Below, piece by piece: positions 28,173 to 40,950 of a stretch of DNA of 64,000 bases; position 1 is the stretch's first letter; each line of letters begins with the position of its first letter. The position numbers and the translations under genes were made by a program. The DNA is from Octopus sinensis (lineage: Eukaryota): positions 68,386,001 to 68,450,000 of the forward strand of contig NC_043009.1 of NCBI RefSeq assembly GCF_006345805.1, read 5' to 3'. Below the pieces are notes generated by a model. It worked only from the letters and a program-made list of their open reading frames with translations, had not been told where the DNA came from and made no database searches.

Positions 28173-28205
<33 letters not shown>

Positions 28206-28239
28206 GTATTCGTATATATATATATATATATATATACTA

Positions 28240-28405
28240 CGGGCTTCTTTCAGGGCTGTGTAGTAAGTAGCTTGCTTACCAACTACATGTTTCTGGGTTC
28301 AGTCCCACTGCGTGGCACCTTCGGCAAGTGTCTTCTACAATAGCCTCGGGCGGACCGAATTCTTTCGAGAGGACTTGGTAGGCGGAAACTGAAAGAAGCC
28401 CGTCA
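28240..28405 (+). mobile_element. SINE family 1, 5' half
   Basis: ggctgtgtagtaagtagcttgcttaccaac...gggttcagtcccactgcgtggcaccttcggcaagtgtcttc. Confidence 0.75.
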
Positions 28406-28451
28406 TATATATATATATATGTGTGGTGTGTGTGTGTGTGTGTGTGTGTGG

Positions 28452-28569
<118 letters not shown>

Positions 28570-28863
28570 GCTTGTGATCATGAAGTCAACTCCTTACCAA
28601 TCAGAGAAACATATCACACACAGAGGCGGAGATTTCTTAATTCGCCGTAACTGTTGAAATCTGATATTTCTACGTGATATAAAGGATAATTGTTGAAATG
28701 AAGATAAGTCTTTGGGAATGAAGTTTCAGATTTCTCCGCGACCATTGCGTGCTGCCACAAAGTTTATAGACGTTGAGTGTTATATAAATACTTCACGTTC
28801 TATTTAGTTGACACAGACAATTCCAGCACTGCTATGTACTACCGAGCAAAAGTCTCAACAAAT

Positions 28864-28919
<56 letters not shown>

Positions 28920-29065
28920 TGAATGAATTATCTTATTAAGGATAATTCGAAAGATAACCGATACCTGGGTAGTAAATTCACATCAGAAAGAACACGGTTG
29001 AAGCTACGTCCATAGGGCATAGACTACGTGTCTTCGTGCGGAAATTTGTATGTTTATTTTAAAAT

Positions 29066-29191
29066 TATAAGTATATGAAAGAATGGAGTTGAACGACTGG
29101 TTAACAAATATCCTTTATTCTCGAAACATATGTCGAGAATAAAGGATATTTGTTAACTAGTCGTTCAACTCCATTCTTTCATATACTTATA
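29066..29191. repeat. Near-perfect palindrome: 59-bp arms, 8-nt centre
   Basis: 29066-29124 is the reverse complement of 29133-29191 apart from one G/T mismatch. Confidence 0.95.
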
Positions 29192-30049
29192 TATATATAT
29201 ACCAAAATTTGATTTACGAACGTGTCATTAATTCTATTATTATCCAATGTAACTATTTTAAATTAATCTTTGGTGAATTATTTTTCTCGTAAATTTTATC
29301 GAGATTCTTTTACACTGGTGGCTGTTATGATTTCGGCGCGAAACGAATCAGTTGCAGCACAGACTTCGGGTTGGGAATCTCTAATTATGGGAACACGTGC
29401 TGAAGAAGCTAAGGTTTTATTCTACCAATGCAGGAACCGGTCCGCGTGAGTCCAAATACTTAAATGTATGTTTGTAGATTGTCTTAACCTGGTTTTGCCT
29501 TCGTTTGATTTCTGTAGTTTTCATCAGTGTATTTTTGGCGATTTAATAAGAGTTCTGACTCTTATTTCAAGCAGGTAGACATGGTATGTCCTTTGATTAA
29601 TTTTTATATATATATATATATATATATGTTACTTGGCGATGAGTTGAAACGTGTTACAATGATAAAACACCTTAAAACACCCAGGTTAACTTTTCACTTT
29701 CCTTGTGGCCTGTAGGCGACGTAGGCTGTTCTAAGAGTACAGGTTAAAGCGCCATTTCAAAACATGACATCTACATGGATGAAGGCCATTGAATGCATCC
29801 TCATCTTGCAATAAGTGGTACAAATCGCTGGCTGGATTAATATAGGAGACATATGTTGGCACAATCAGGGGAAATCCGATTAAACATTACGTATTTCCCT
29901 GCATTACGTTTCTGGTCTCTTGTGCCACTCATGATTTCCTTTGTTTTTCTTTCTGACAGGGATTCACGACCATAAAAGTAACAATAACCTTTTAGAGTTG
30001 AAGCAGTCAATAATACATATCTTCAAAAATCTAAACTAAAAGTTGATGT

Positions 30050-30790
30050 TTTTGTTGTTGCTGTCCTTGTGGTTCTTCTTCATTTCCTTCATTTTCTTCA
30101 ATCTGTTCAACGCGTTCTTTTTGAATTTCCATTTTGTCCTTTTTCATTTTTTCCAGTCTTGATCACCTGTTCTTTATCCACTTCCTCCACAGATTCTTCT
30201 GTGTTGTTCTACAAATAACCAAGTGCGCTGTTTTCGTTCTGTCTGTACACAATCTTCTATACCAATTAAACATCTTCCACTCTGGCCCCTCTTCAAATAC
30301 AACTGGTCAATAGCAGTTTTCGGATGGTGAGCACCATATAGTTTTTCTGTTGGGTTTCTGTCTTTCGCCTTTTGTCCAATCCACAATCCAAGCTCCATAT
30401 CTTATAAATGGTTCTACTCTTGAATTAATTACTTTAATACCATTTCTTTAATTCAACTTTGACTGGAATATCTTCCCTCGTTCCTCTTCTATATTCCCTA
30501 CCCACAATTTGCTTCATCTCTTCACGTATATATTTCGTCAGCCTCCAGGGTTTCCAAATACTTATATCACTATCCTTTCTCAATTGATTTTATTGTTTGT
30601 CCATTAGGCATTTCAGTTAACTGGCTTCTTTCAAATCTTCCCCGTTTTCTTATCAAAACAATGCAGTCTTCAAGCCTGAATTACATTCCTACGTCGTTTG
30701 AGGAAATGCGAGCAGCAAATACAAGACTTTCCAACTGCTTCTCATTTTTCGCATTAAGCTTTAAATCATCCACGAATAGACTTCATTCGA
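30050..30790 (-). mobile_element. R4/Dong-like RT fragment, heavily decayed
   Basis: LFVDDLKL...NDVGM.F.LE.C and LYGAHHPKTAIDQLYLKR...GR.LIGIEDCVQTE. Confidence 0.8.
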
Positions 30791-31477
30791 ATTTCAAAAT
30801 GGTTATATATTTGTATCTATAAAATGAAACAATTTAGGCGTGGAACCCAACTCTAAATCTTTATCAAATTACTTCCGTAACACAGCTTATCCAAATACCG
30901 TGAAGGAAGCTTTCTATCTGCTTCACGCCAGCCTAGTTTCGCATGAACGTTTTGCTTTTCACTAAAACACTTCAGTTTCTCAACCACATCAAATCGCTAC
31001 ACGTAATTCTTGCTTTTCACGCTTTTATATTAACCCCCCTCCCCCACCATAAATATCTCCATGTTTTTAAAACCGATTCTATCTGTTTCTTGGATTTTCT
31101 GTTTGTGGCATTTCTCCCACTCGAAAGCATTTCGGATTTCAGCATTTCGAGCAGATTATCAATAATTCTACGTTATTCAACGGATCTGTTTGTCTCATTA
31201 TTTTTTAATCAAATGGTACTCTATGATTTGAGAGTATTCTCACTTCTATGTCTAGCGTGTCAAGTGATCTTAATGTTGCTCCCTCTGGCAGTCATATTGG
31301 CTAAGATCAGAGTTTTTTTTCTTCTCGGTTAAATATCAAAAGTATTCCTGGTATTGCAACTTCGATATTCAAGCGAATTTGTTTCGTTCATTGATGAAGA
31401 CGGAAGTTGTTGCGGTTCTCTCCCCTTTTTATCACAGACCGACTCATTAAGGTACTTATATTAAGGTATTATATTAA

Positions 31478-31722
31478 GGCGGCGAGCTGGCAGAAACGTT
31501 AGCACGCCGGACGAAATGCGTAACCGCATTTCGTCTGCCGTTACGTTCTGAGTTCAAATTCCGCCGAGGTCGACTTTGCCTTTCATCCTTTCGGGGTCGA
31601 TTAAATAAGTACCAGTTACGCACTGGGGTCGATATAATCGACTTAATCCCTTTGTCTGTTCTTGTTTGTCCCCTCTGTGTTTAGCCCCTTGTGGGTAGTA
31701 AAGAAATAGGTATTATATTAAG
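31478..31722 (+). mobile_element. SINE family 2, full length, with probable TSD
   Basis: Head ggcggcgagctggcagaaacgttagc; flanked by the direct repeat ggtattatattaagg. Confidence 0.8.
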
Positions 31723-31872
31723 GTACTTATATTAAAGCATTGCGGTTGTCTAAGTTTGAGGTTTCCCTGATCTTCAAACTTTTGATGAAAGACTTTCTAG
31801 ACATGACAATCTCATATTTTTCTGTTCTGATCTAAGAATACATTGCGAAATAATTCTTTCCTTTTCTTTTAT

Positions 31873-32235
31873 AGGCATGGCTGTGTGGTAAGAAGCTTGC
31901 TTCCAAAGCTCATGGCTGTGGGTTCAGTCCCACTGCGTGGAACCTTGGGCAAGTGTCTTCTACTATAGCCTCGGGCCGACCAAAGCCTTGTGAGTGGATT
32001 TGGTGGACGGAAACTGAAAGACGCCCGTCGTATGTGTATATGTTTGTGTGTCTGTATTTGTCTCCCCAACATCGCTTGACAACCGATGCTGGTGTGTTTA
32101 CGTCCCCGTAACGTAGCGGTTCGGCAAAAGAGACCGATAGAATAGGCACTAGGCTTACAAAGAATAAGTCGACTAAAGGCGGTACTCCAGCATGGCCACA
32201 GACAAATGACTGAAACAAGTAAAAGAGTAAAAGAG
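31873..32235 (+). mobile_element. SINE family 1, full length
   Basis: tRNA-like head (tggctgtgtggtaag...gggttcagtccc), internal (TG/TA)n, tail ...atgactgaaacaagtaaaagagtaaaagag. Confidence 0.85.
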
Positions 32236-33068
32236 GGTCGATTCGCTTGACTAAAACCTCTTTAATGTGGTGCCCCTGCATGGCCACGTTCTAATGACTG
32301 AAGCAAGAAAAAGATAAAGATATCAGAATTTTGGTAGCTATTTCTAGCAAGTCGAGAAACCAGGTAAAGGTTCTGTCATTGGCTCGTCGTTGAAAGAAGT
32401 TATCCATAAAATAAATGTCGATAAAACGGATCGGTTTTAGTGAAGCGTTGGCGGGAAAGAGCTGTTCTATTGATTAGTTTTCGCTCCCATCAAAATTTGT
32501 CTTGCGCCCATGTTAGAAACCATTATCTCTGATATTTAGTTGGTTGTGTTTTGAAAAATATGAATTCGTTTTCGTCAAAAACATCCTCAGACTAAATTAA
32601 AACAAAATATGTTTACATATATCTAATTTAATCATTCAGGTGCTGCGAGGGTTTCTCCACAAATTTCCAATAATCAACAATGGTCTTTCATTCCAAACTT
32701 TAAAAATTATTGTTAGCATTACTTATTGTTGTTGTTGCTGCTGCTGCCTCTGCTGCTGCTGTTGTTGTTGTTGCTGCTGCTGTTGTAGTTTTCGTTGTTG
32801 TTGTTGTTTACCATTATCACGTTTAATTTACTGTCGGTTCAATATCTTCTGAACATTGATTATTTTACATAATTATCTCTGCTGTTAAAATTTTAATTAT
32901 TTAGAAAAAATTTTCATTGTATTTTGTTTCTTTTGTTATTTGTTGTTGTTCTGTTCAGTCTAAAAGCATCCAAATAAGGTGACTTTTTTTTACTTAGGAA
33001 AACAAGCAGGCGAAATTAATTTTGTAAACAATAATAATAATGATCCGTCCTTTATTGACCACAAGGGC

Positions 33069-33135
33069 TCGAGAAGGAACAAACCAACATGTTTCGAAAA
33101 CCCTTTGTATAATGCATTTTGCATAACTTACATGC

Positions 33136-33214
<79 letters not shown>

Positions 33215-33268
33215 GCAAAATACATTATACAAAGGGTTTACGAAGCATCTTGGTTTGTTCCTTCTCGA
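33069..33268. repeat. 56-bp inverted repeats enclosing a (TA)n(TG)n microsatellite (MITE/foldback-like)
   Basis: 33069-33124 vs reverse complement of 33213-33268: 4 mismatches. Confidence 0.85.
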
Positions 33269-33924
33269 TCCATGCCTGGCTCAATATGAGCCGGTTTCCC
33301 GGTTTCCTTGGCATATAGGTTCCCCACCTGGACGGGACGCCGGTCCGTCGCAGGTGAGCTGCAAGATGCAAGAGGAAAGAGAGAAAGTTGTGGTGAAGAA
33401 GCGTCGTCGAGCTTAGGTGTTTCGCTCATAAACACACACATCGAACCACTAACCACTAGGCCATATGCCTCCACCTTACGAAACATGTAGGCTGTACATA
33501 TATATAACAAATAAATGCTTTATATAGCATATAGAAACGCATTTATAAAAATTAGAAAAATGGAAAAAGAAAGGTAACCTAACCAGACAGAAGTGAGAAG
33601 CGACGACATTTGTAAGAGCAGAACACCTCACGACTCTCATTGCTTTTTGATGTCTTTCTGCAAATTGGGTTCTCCTAACCTGTACCCATGAACATCTTCG
33701 GTCTTCACCGATCATTAAGCAATACCCTCCCCCCACCCAAGATCATGAGCCCTTAGCTGTCAATACACTGCTAATAGGGTCTTCAGTAGTTATCTATTCT
33801 CTAGTAGACTATGGTAATGTTACCTCGTTACTTCCACAATTGACACACTGTTTGATTTTTGAGAGGAGGAATTATTTACATTATTTACATTTGACTAATA
33901 GTTGTCTTCATCTTGTTTCTTGTT

Positions 33925-33970
33925 AACACAACGTTTCAGCTGATATACCCTCCAGCTTTCATCAGGTATC
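33925..33970 (-). ncRNA. Minimal type-I hammerhead ribozyme with canonical core (Penelope pLTR-type)
   Basis: GAUAC-CUGAUGA-A-AGCUG GAGGGUAUAU CAGCU-GAA-ACGU-U-GUGUU: 5-bp stems I and II, palindromic ACGU stem III, predicted GUU cleavage site. Confidence 0.75.
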
Positions 33971-34080
33971 TTGGGGAAATTTCGAACCTGGGTTCTCATT
34001 CCTATGGTAATTTTCGAGGTTATTAGGGCATAAGGCGTAGTAGTTAAGAGTGTGAGATACTAACCGAGTTCGATTCCAGG

Positions 34081-34152
<72 letters not shown>

Positions 34153-34184
34153 CATCATCATCATCATCATCATCATTATTATTA

Positions 34185-35275
34185 TTTATTATCTTTGCAC
34201 AGCTTCTAATGCTGGAGATATAATACGGTGCCAGCTGTTCGCAACCAGTGCACTAAGATAAAACCCCTTATTTTTCGAGCACCATCCGCAATATTCGAGC
34301 GGTACCAAGCAGTGTTGTTTTCTGCAACTGCTCTGCCCTTATTGCAGCCCCTATTTGCTCCACATACTTCTCAAGATTTTTACTCAGTGTTCCCAGCTCT
34401 CCGACAATTATTGGTACTACTACCACCTTCTTCATCGACCACAACTGCTTAACCTCCCAAGCTAACCTGTCATATCTATCGACTTTTCTTTCTTCCTTAT
34501 CGCACACCTTGTTGTCAGCTGTGCATGCTATGTCTATGATCCAGCATCGTTTGCTTTCTTTCTCATTTAACACAATGTCTGATTTCCTATTCTCTATCTC
34601 ATGGTCGCACTGAATCATAAAATCCTACGGGATCTTTGCATTATAATTTTCGATGATGCCTTCAGGTTTATGTCCGTACCGCTTTTTGCTCTGTCAAGTC
34701 CACACTTGTTGCAAAGTATCCAATGGACAAGCCTAGCTATATTGTCGTGGCGTCTCTTATATTTTTTCTGGGCTAGTGGCGTACATTGACTGGTAATATG
34801 CCATACGGTTTCAACATTTTGTCCACAGATTCTGCACTTATCATTTTCTGCCGTGTTGTCCATTCTGTATTTGATGTAATTGGTTCTTAATGCTTGCTCT
34901 TGCGCAGCACAGATCAGAGCCTTCGTTTCCGCTTTTTAATCACTTTTAGTCATTCATAGCCATGTTTTTTCTCTGTCTTATCGTCAACATCTCTATGAAA
35001 TTGTCCATGCGTTCTTTTCTTTACCCACCCATATTCAGTTTCGTTCATTCTCAAGTCCTTCTACAGTGCTTCTTCCATCCTACAGAAACCTCGCTTTCAA
35101 TAATAATGGCTCTGTGGTATTTTTACAATGCTGTGATCGCATCCAATCATTCCTCTTCACCCTCTTTTTCTTAGTACATACAGTCTGTGTCACTTTTTGG
35201 GTGGAGTGGCCCATATCTAGTCAGCAACTTTCTTGTCTTTCTGTCTAAGCTATTTAGTTTGTCTACTGACCATGC
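34185..35275 (-). mobile_element. R4/Dong-like non-LTR 3' portion inserted in a TAA array
   Basis: ALICAAQEQALRTNYIK...KCRICGQNVETVWHITSQC...RRHDNIA...CDHEIENRKSDIV...IIDIAC...VVPIIVGELG; (ATT)n on both sides (34082-34180, 35279-35333). Confidence 0.9.
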
Positions 35276-35277
35276 GA

Positions 35278-35334
<57 letters not shown>

Positions 35335-35451
35335 GTGATATCAGAGAGACAGATAAGTGCTGATTTATATGCGTATCAAACATTTGGATATTCGCCACAA
35401 ATACATTTCGGATAAGTGACCACAGCTGTCCATTTGAACTGGTTCACAGAT

Positions 35452-35494
<43 letters not shown>

Positions 35495-35495
35495 G

Positions 35496-35572
<77 letters not shown>

Positions 35573-36006
35573 TACATATATACATACATATATGTGTGCG
35601 TGTATGTTCGTGTGTGTGTGTGTGTAGTTAACCACCGATAATTTATTGTGATTCAGTAGCTATTTTTACACATGAACTAGATCTTACACACACACACACA
35701 CGCTCCACGCTCTCTCTCTCTCCCTCTCTCTCCCTCGCTCTCTCTCTCTCTCTCTTTCCGTCTCTATTTTTCTCTCCCGCTCTTTCTCGCTTTCTTTCTC
35801 TTTTAAATATGGTTCTGAATATATCTCTTCTACATTTTATCTGTGTCCGGTTTTCGATTTTTGGTTTTATTGGAGCACAACAATTACTACCAAATACGAG
35901 ATATGCCGTGGAACAGAAACCTACGTCTCCTTTTGTCTGTAACAAATGCGTCCTTCGTGCATGTATATGTATGTATATATTTGAAGGACATATTGTTTTA
36001 TATATA

Positions 36007-36043
<37 letters not shown>

Positions 36044-36094
36044 CCCTCATTGTTGATATATATATATATATACATATATTACCCTCAATTGTTG

Positions 36095-36126
<32 letters not shown>

Positions 36127-36127
<1 letters not shown>

Positions 36128-36515
36128 CTAGCAGTATCGCCCGGCGTTGCTCAGGTTTGTAAGGAAAATAACTATAAAGCATTTTTAGAGAGTGATAGCC
36201 AAAAAATAGCAAAAAAATGGAAAAAAATGATGGTAAATTTTTTTTTGAGATTTTAAAAAGGTGGAGTTGCGTCCCCTAGACAGTTTGTGGTTCGTGTTTC
36301 TGATTCTCGACCCCATGTCGAATTTATCGATTTTTTCAGAACTGGGGGAACTTTTCAAAATTTTCACTGCGTTAGTTTTGAATTATGACGTTGGGCTATG
36401 TGTGTGTCAAGTTTCATCAGAATCGGTTGAAAGCCGTGGTCAGGGTGAGGGTACAAGCAAACAGACACACAGAAACACGCACAGACAAACTGCCGTTTAT
36501 ATAGAGAGAGATATA
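36127..36515. mobile_element. Helentron/HINE-like non-autonomous element
   Basis: Starts actagcagtatcgcccggcgttgctcagg and ends acagacaaactgccgtttatatagagagagat. Confidence 0.55.
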
Positions 36516-36557
36516 TATACACATACATATATATATATACATACATACATACATACA

Positions 36558-36593
<36 letters not shown>

Positions 36594-36599
36594 TATATA

Positions 36600-36729
36600 C
36601 AGGGTGTCCCCAAAAATGTATACACATAGTGGTTCGGCAAAAGAGAACGATAGAATAAGTACTAGGCTTACAAAGAATAACAAATTTACAATTATTTAAG
36701 GTATGTATACATTTTTTGGGGACACCCTG
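36600..36729. mobile_element. Tc1/mariner MITE (130 bp) with TA flanks
   Basis: TIRs cagggtgtccccaaaaatgtatac / gtatacattttttggggacaccctg, inserted in (TA)n; the interior carries a SINE-1 fragment. Confidence 0.85.
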
Positions 36730-36732
36730 TAT

Positions 36733-36787
<55 letters not shown>

Positions 36788-37559
36788 ATGTATGCATGTA
36801 TGTATGCATGTATGTACGTATGTACGTATGTATGCATGCATGTAAGTATGTATATATGTATGTATACACGGAAATTTTAGACAATGATTATGAATGCTCA
36901 ACACCGCATTGGTGGATAAAATTTCTTTATTTAAGACCACCACCATTAGTTTCATGCTAAGAAAATATCTTAATATCTCAACAACTGTTCAAGCCGATCA
37001 CATGGATGAATGGTGTTCGTCTTCATTTTAGATAAAATCACGAAAGTTCTAGGGAATTCACAATAAAGTCTCGTAAAGGAAACAAGAAATCACGGGGCGC
37101 TACTCTTGGATGACACCTTTTATATATAAATTTATATATAAAGTGTCTGGAAGGTTGTATACGTTATCAAAAGGCTTGGAGTAGGAACATATCGCGATAC
37201 TCCACTGCTATTCTCAACGTTGACAATTGTATTGCTGATAATATAAGGTTCCTTTGAACACAATTACTGTGTGAACAGCGAATAGAAACTCGCCATAGGG
37301 CGAGCGAACAACAGGAGAAATTTTCAGAGGAAGAACTTCCATCAAACAAGTGTCTAGGCCCGTTAGTTCCTGACATGAGGGGGCCGGACCCACCTAGGTG
37401 TTCACCTGTTGATTTCGAAAAGCGTCCTTTAGTCGGGATTGAATCCAGAACCCTTGGTTCATCTTATTTCGCTAAACTGTGGTGTACATCGCTTGGCCAG
37501 AAAGACAACCACAAGAACTTGCCCTGCAGATCTATTTCCATCTGGGTTTTCCTTCTTCT

Positions 37560-37800
37560 CTGTTCAGCAGCTTGCAGTATTCTTTTTCAGCTCCAGCTAT
37601 CCATTCTCTCTGTCCATAGCCACTTTGAGCTCTTCTCAGCTCTCTCTGACAGGCGTTTCATCGTCGTTGTTCTTTTGCGATCTTTGATTCCGAACTGACC
37701 AAGTAGTTGGCACATGCAGGATACAACAAACCATCGTGGGCCACCTTGCACGGCCTATACTGTGTAGCGGTGCCCTTGTTTGTCAGTTCTTTTCCAACGT
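37560..37800 (-). mobile_element. Hero-like (RLE-type) non-LTR retrotransposon C-terminus
   Basis: QGHRYTV*AVQGGPRWFVVSCMCQLLGQFGIKDRKRTTTMKRLSERAEKSSKWLWTERMDSWS* resembles the Hero-clade terminus; clade assigned from memory. Confidence 0.65.
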
Positions 37801-38501
37801 CATCATATTTCCTCATCTTAAATTAGTCACTCTTGATACCGTCTAATCATCGCTACTGGCGATGTTCTTAGTACTACAACGGCCACCACCAGGATGGCGT
37901 AATTGAAGGTTTGGCAGATATTTTCCTCTTAATTTTTCCGTAAACTATTATGTTTCAATGTGAACATTCAATTGTGGAGCTCTGACATTGTCTTTTTTTT
38001 TTACTTTCTTTTCCCTCTCTTTTTTATATATTCTATTGCAATGTTAAGCTTTAACCTATGTTTGGTAGCGAGGGTTATGGTTTTGAAAATTTAATGAATA
38101 AATTTTTTAAGTTTATAAGACAACGCTTGTTTTTGCTTTTCTTTCTTTGTCTAATGAAGACGACAATCTTTTCATAGTTAATTGTTGTTGTTGTTGTTTT
38201 TTCACAAGTACTCCAAGGAAAATTCTATTTGGTAACACTTGAATAAATCGTGTCTCAAAGTCACTAATAATAATAATAATAATAATAATGATGATGATGA
38301 TGATGATGATGATAATGATGATGATGATTGTAACTAATTCTGTTCAGAAATACCGTTTATATTTATTTACTATGTAACAAATATTCTGTATTGGATGATG
38401 GTGATGACGACAACGACGATGATGATGATGATGACGATAAGGAGGAGGAGGAAGAGGTCGACGACGACTAATGATGATGATGAATGTGATGATGATGATG
38501 A

Positions 38502-38546
<45 letters not shown>

Positions 38547-39473
38547 TGATGACGATGATGATGATAATGACGAGGAGGATAGCAGGAGGAAACTGAACAC
38601 GGTTATTTTGATTGACTCTAATATGGCGCTCTCGCTGATTCGCCAATCTTTCATCTTTTCATTCAATTTTATTATTTGCAGGTAATTACTTAATTATCCT
38701 ATCAAGTAAATACGAACGTCATCTAAAATTCTCTTCTCGCTCTCTCACCTTTTTCTTGTGTGTGTGTGTGTGTTGTGTATTAGTGTGTGTGTGTGTGTGT
38801 GTGTTGTGTGTGTGTGTGTGTGTGTGTGTTAAGGAAGAATAATTTGGTAAGTTGATCAAACTTACGTAGAAATCACACGGCCAAGATGACACACGATCGG
38901 ATCGAACCTGGGATCACACCTTTGAATTGAAAGCAAACTCGTTAACTACACCCCATAACTCCTCCACTTCTCTCTCTCTCCCCTTCCTTTCCCCTCTCTC
39001 TCCTCTTCCCCCCTCTCTCTCTCTCTCCCTCTCTCTCTCACTCGCTCTCTTTCAGCCTCTCTGAAGATATCTGACAGTAAACATATTTTTCATTGACAAT
39101 TCTTCATTTCTTCAAGCTTCCGCCTTAAAACAACATGTGTTTCTTTCTTTCCTTCAATCCCATTATTTCTTTCTCCCCTCTTCTAATTTCTTTCTTTTTC
39201 TTTCCTTGTTCAATCATTCTTCATTGCATTCTCTTCCTTTTCTCCCCGTAAATATTTTTTCCTTTTGCCCTGTTTCTACGAATCGTCTGCTTCGTTCCTT
39301 TTGTTTTCTCTTTGTGTTCTTTTGCCCTTAGTTTTTGTTCTTTCTTGTTTTTCTATTGCTTCGTTGTTTGTCACACTGCTTATTAACTAATTTGTGAAAT
39401 TTTAATTAATTGACTCTATTTTTGGAATTAATTCTTTTCGTTACATTATGCCATAGCTTTACAATGAGAAAAA

Positions 39474-39630
39474 CAAAATGGCGAGAGCGACGGAGACAGA
39501 GAACGCGGAGACACAGCAACAGCTTGGCTGTCGTTTCGATCAAAATGGCGACAAAAACACATTCTAATAGGTTTGTGTCGCCATTTTAATATCGATACCA
39601 ATATATTCTAATGTTCTAGCGTCGCCATTC
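39474..39630. promoter_or_regulatory. Cluster of YY1/Pho-type motifs (AAAATGGCG x3, plus a fourth ATGGCG)
   Basis: Plus strand 39475 and 39542, minus strand 39579-39587, degenerate ~39622. Confidence 0.4.
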
Positions 39631-40011
39631 TAATAATCCTTTATTCTGCTCTTAGTTTTACACAAATTTAGTTTGTCTTTTTAATTACTTCACATAATGA
39701 GAAGAAATGTAACGAAGGCCAAGGCCAGAGTTTTTGCGTTGACATCATTGACAACAACAACAATATCTTTTATCTTTCACTTGTTTTCACCCATTGGACT
39801 GCGACCATGCTGGAGCACAGCCGTCAAACATTTCATCAAACAAATAAACCCCAGTTTTTAGGGGGTTTTGTCTTTTGTTTTGCTTTTTTTTATATATATA
39901 AATCTGGTGCTTATTCAAACGATTTCTTTTGCCGAACTGCTAAGTGTCAAGGATGTAAACAGACCAACACCGGTTGTCAACTAGTAGAAGGAATAAACTG
40001 AGGCACAAAGC

Positions 40012-40045
<34 letters not shown>

Positions 40046-40520
40046 CACACACACACACATAAACACACACACAGACATACTCAGAAACATACATACTTAC
40101 ACACACTAACAAACAAACACGCATTCATACACACACACTAACAAACAAACACGCATTCATACACACACACAAACACACACATTCATACACACACACAAAC
40201 ACACATTCATACACACACACACATAAATATATAACTAGTTGCCAGGAAGCGAGCAAAGCTGCTTCAAGACTATTACATTTGTGAACTCTGGAAGAAGCTA
40301 CCCGGGGTGGTACATATTGGCACAAACAGAGGCTTGATGCACCCTGGTTGGGTGGTTCGGAGTACAAATGCAGCCGAAATCAACTTTGCCTCTTATTCTT
40401 TCGAAATTGATAAAATAAAGTACCAGTTGTGCACTGGGGGTTGATGTGATTGGCTAAACTCTCTCTCTTTCCCTCTCTCTCTCTCCCTTCTTTCCTCTTT
40501 CCCTCTCTCTAAATATATGT

Positions 40521-40868
40521 TCTTTTACTTGTTTCAGTCATTTGACTTCGGCCATGCTGGAGCACCGCCTTCGGCCGAAGAAGTCTATTCCAGGACTTAT
40601 TCTTTGTAAGCTTAGTACTTATTCTATCGTTTTTTGTTTTTCCGAGCCGCTAGGTTACGGGGACGTAAACACACTAACATCGGTTGTCAAGCGATAGTGG
40701 AGGACAAATACAGATACACAAACATATACATATATACGACGGGCTTCTTTCAGTTTCTGTTTACCGAGGCTATAGCAGAAGTCACTTGCTCAAGATGCCA
40801 CGCAGCGGGACTGAACCCGGAAGCATGTGGTTGAGAAGCAAGCTACTTACCACACAGCCACGCCTGCG

Positions 40869-40870
<2 letters not shown>
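40521..40870 (-). mobile_element. SINE family 1
   Basis: Homologous to 31873-32235. Confidence 0.85.
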
Positions 40871-40919
<49 letters not shown>

Positions 40920-40950
40920 CATATCATATACATACACACACACACACACA

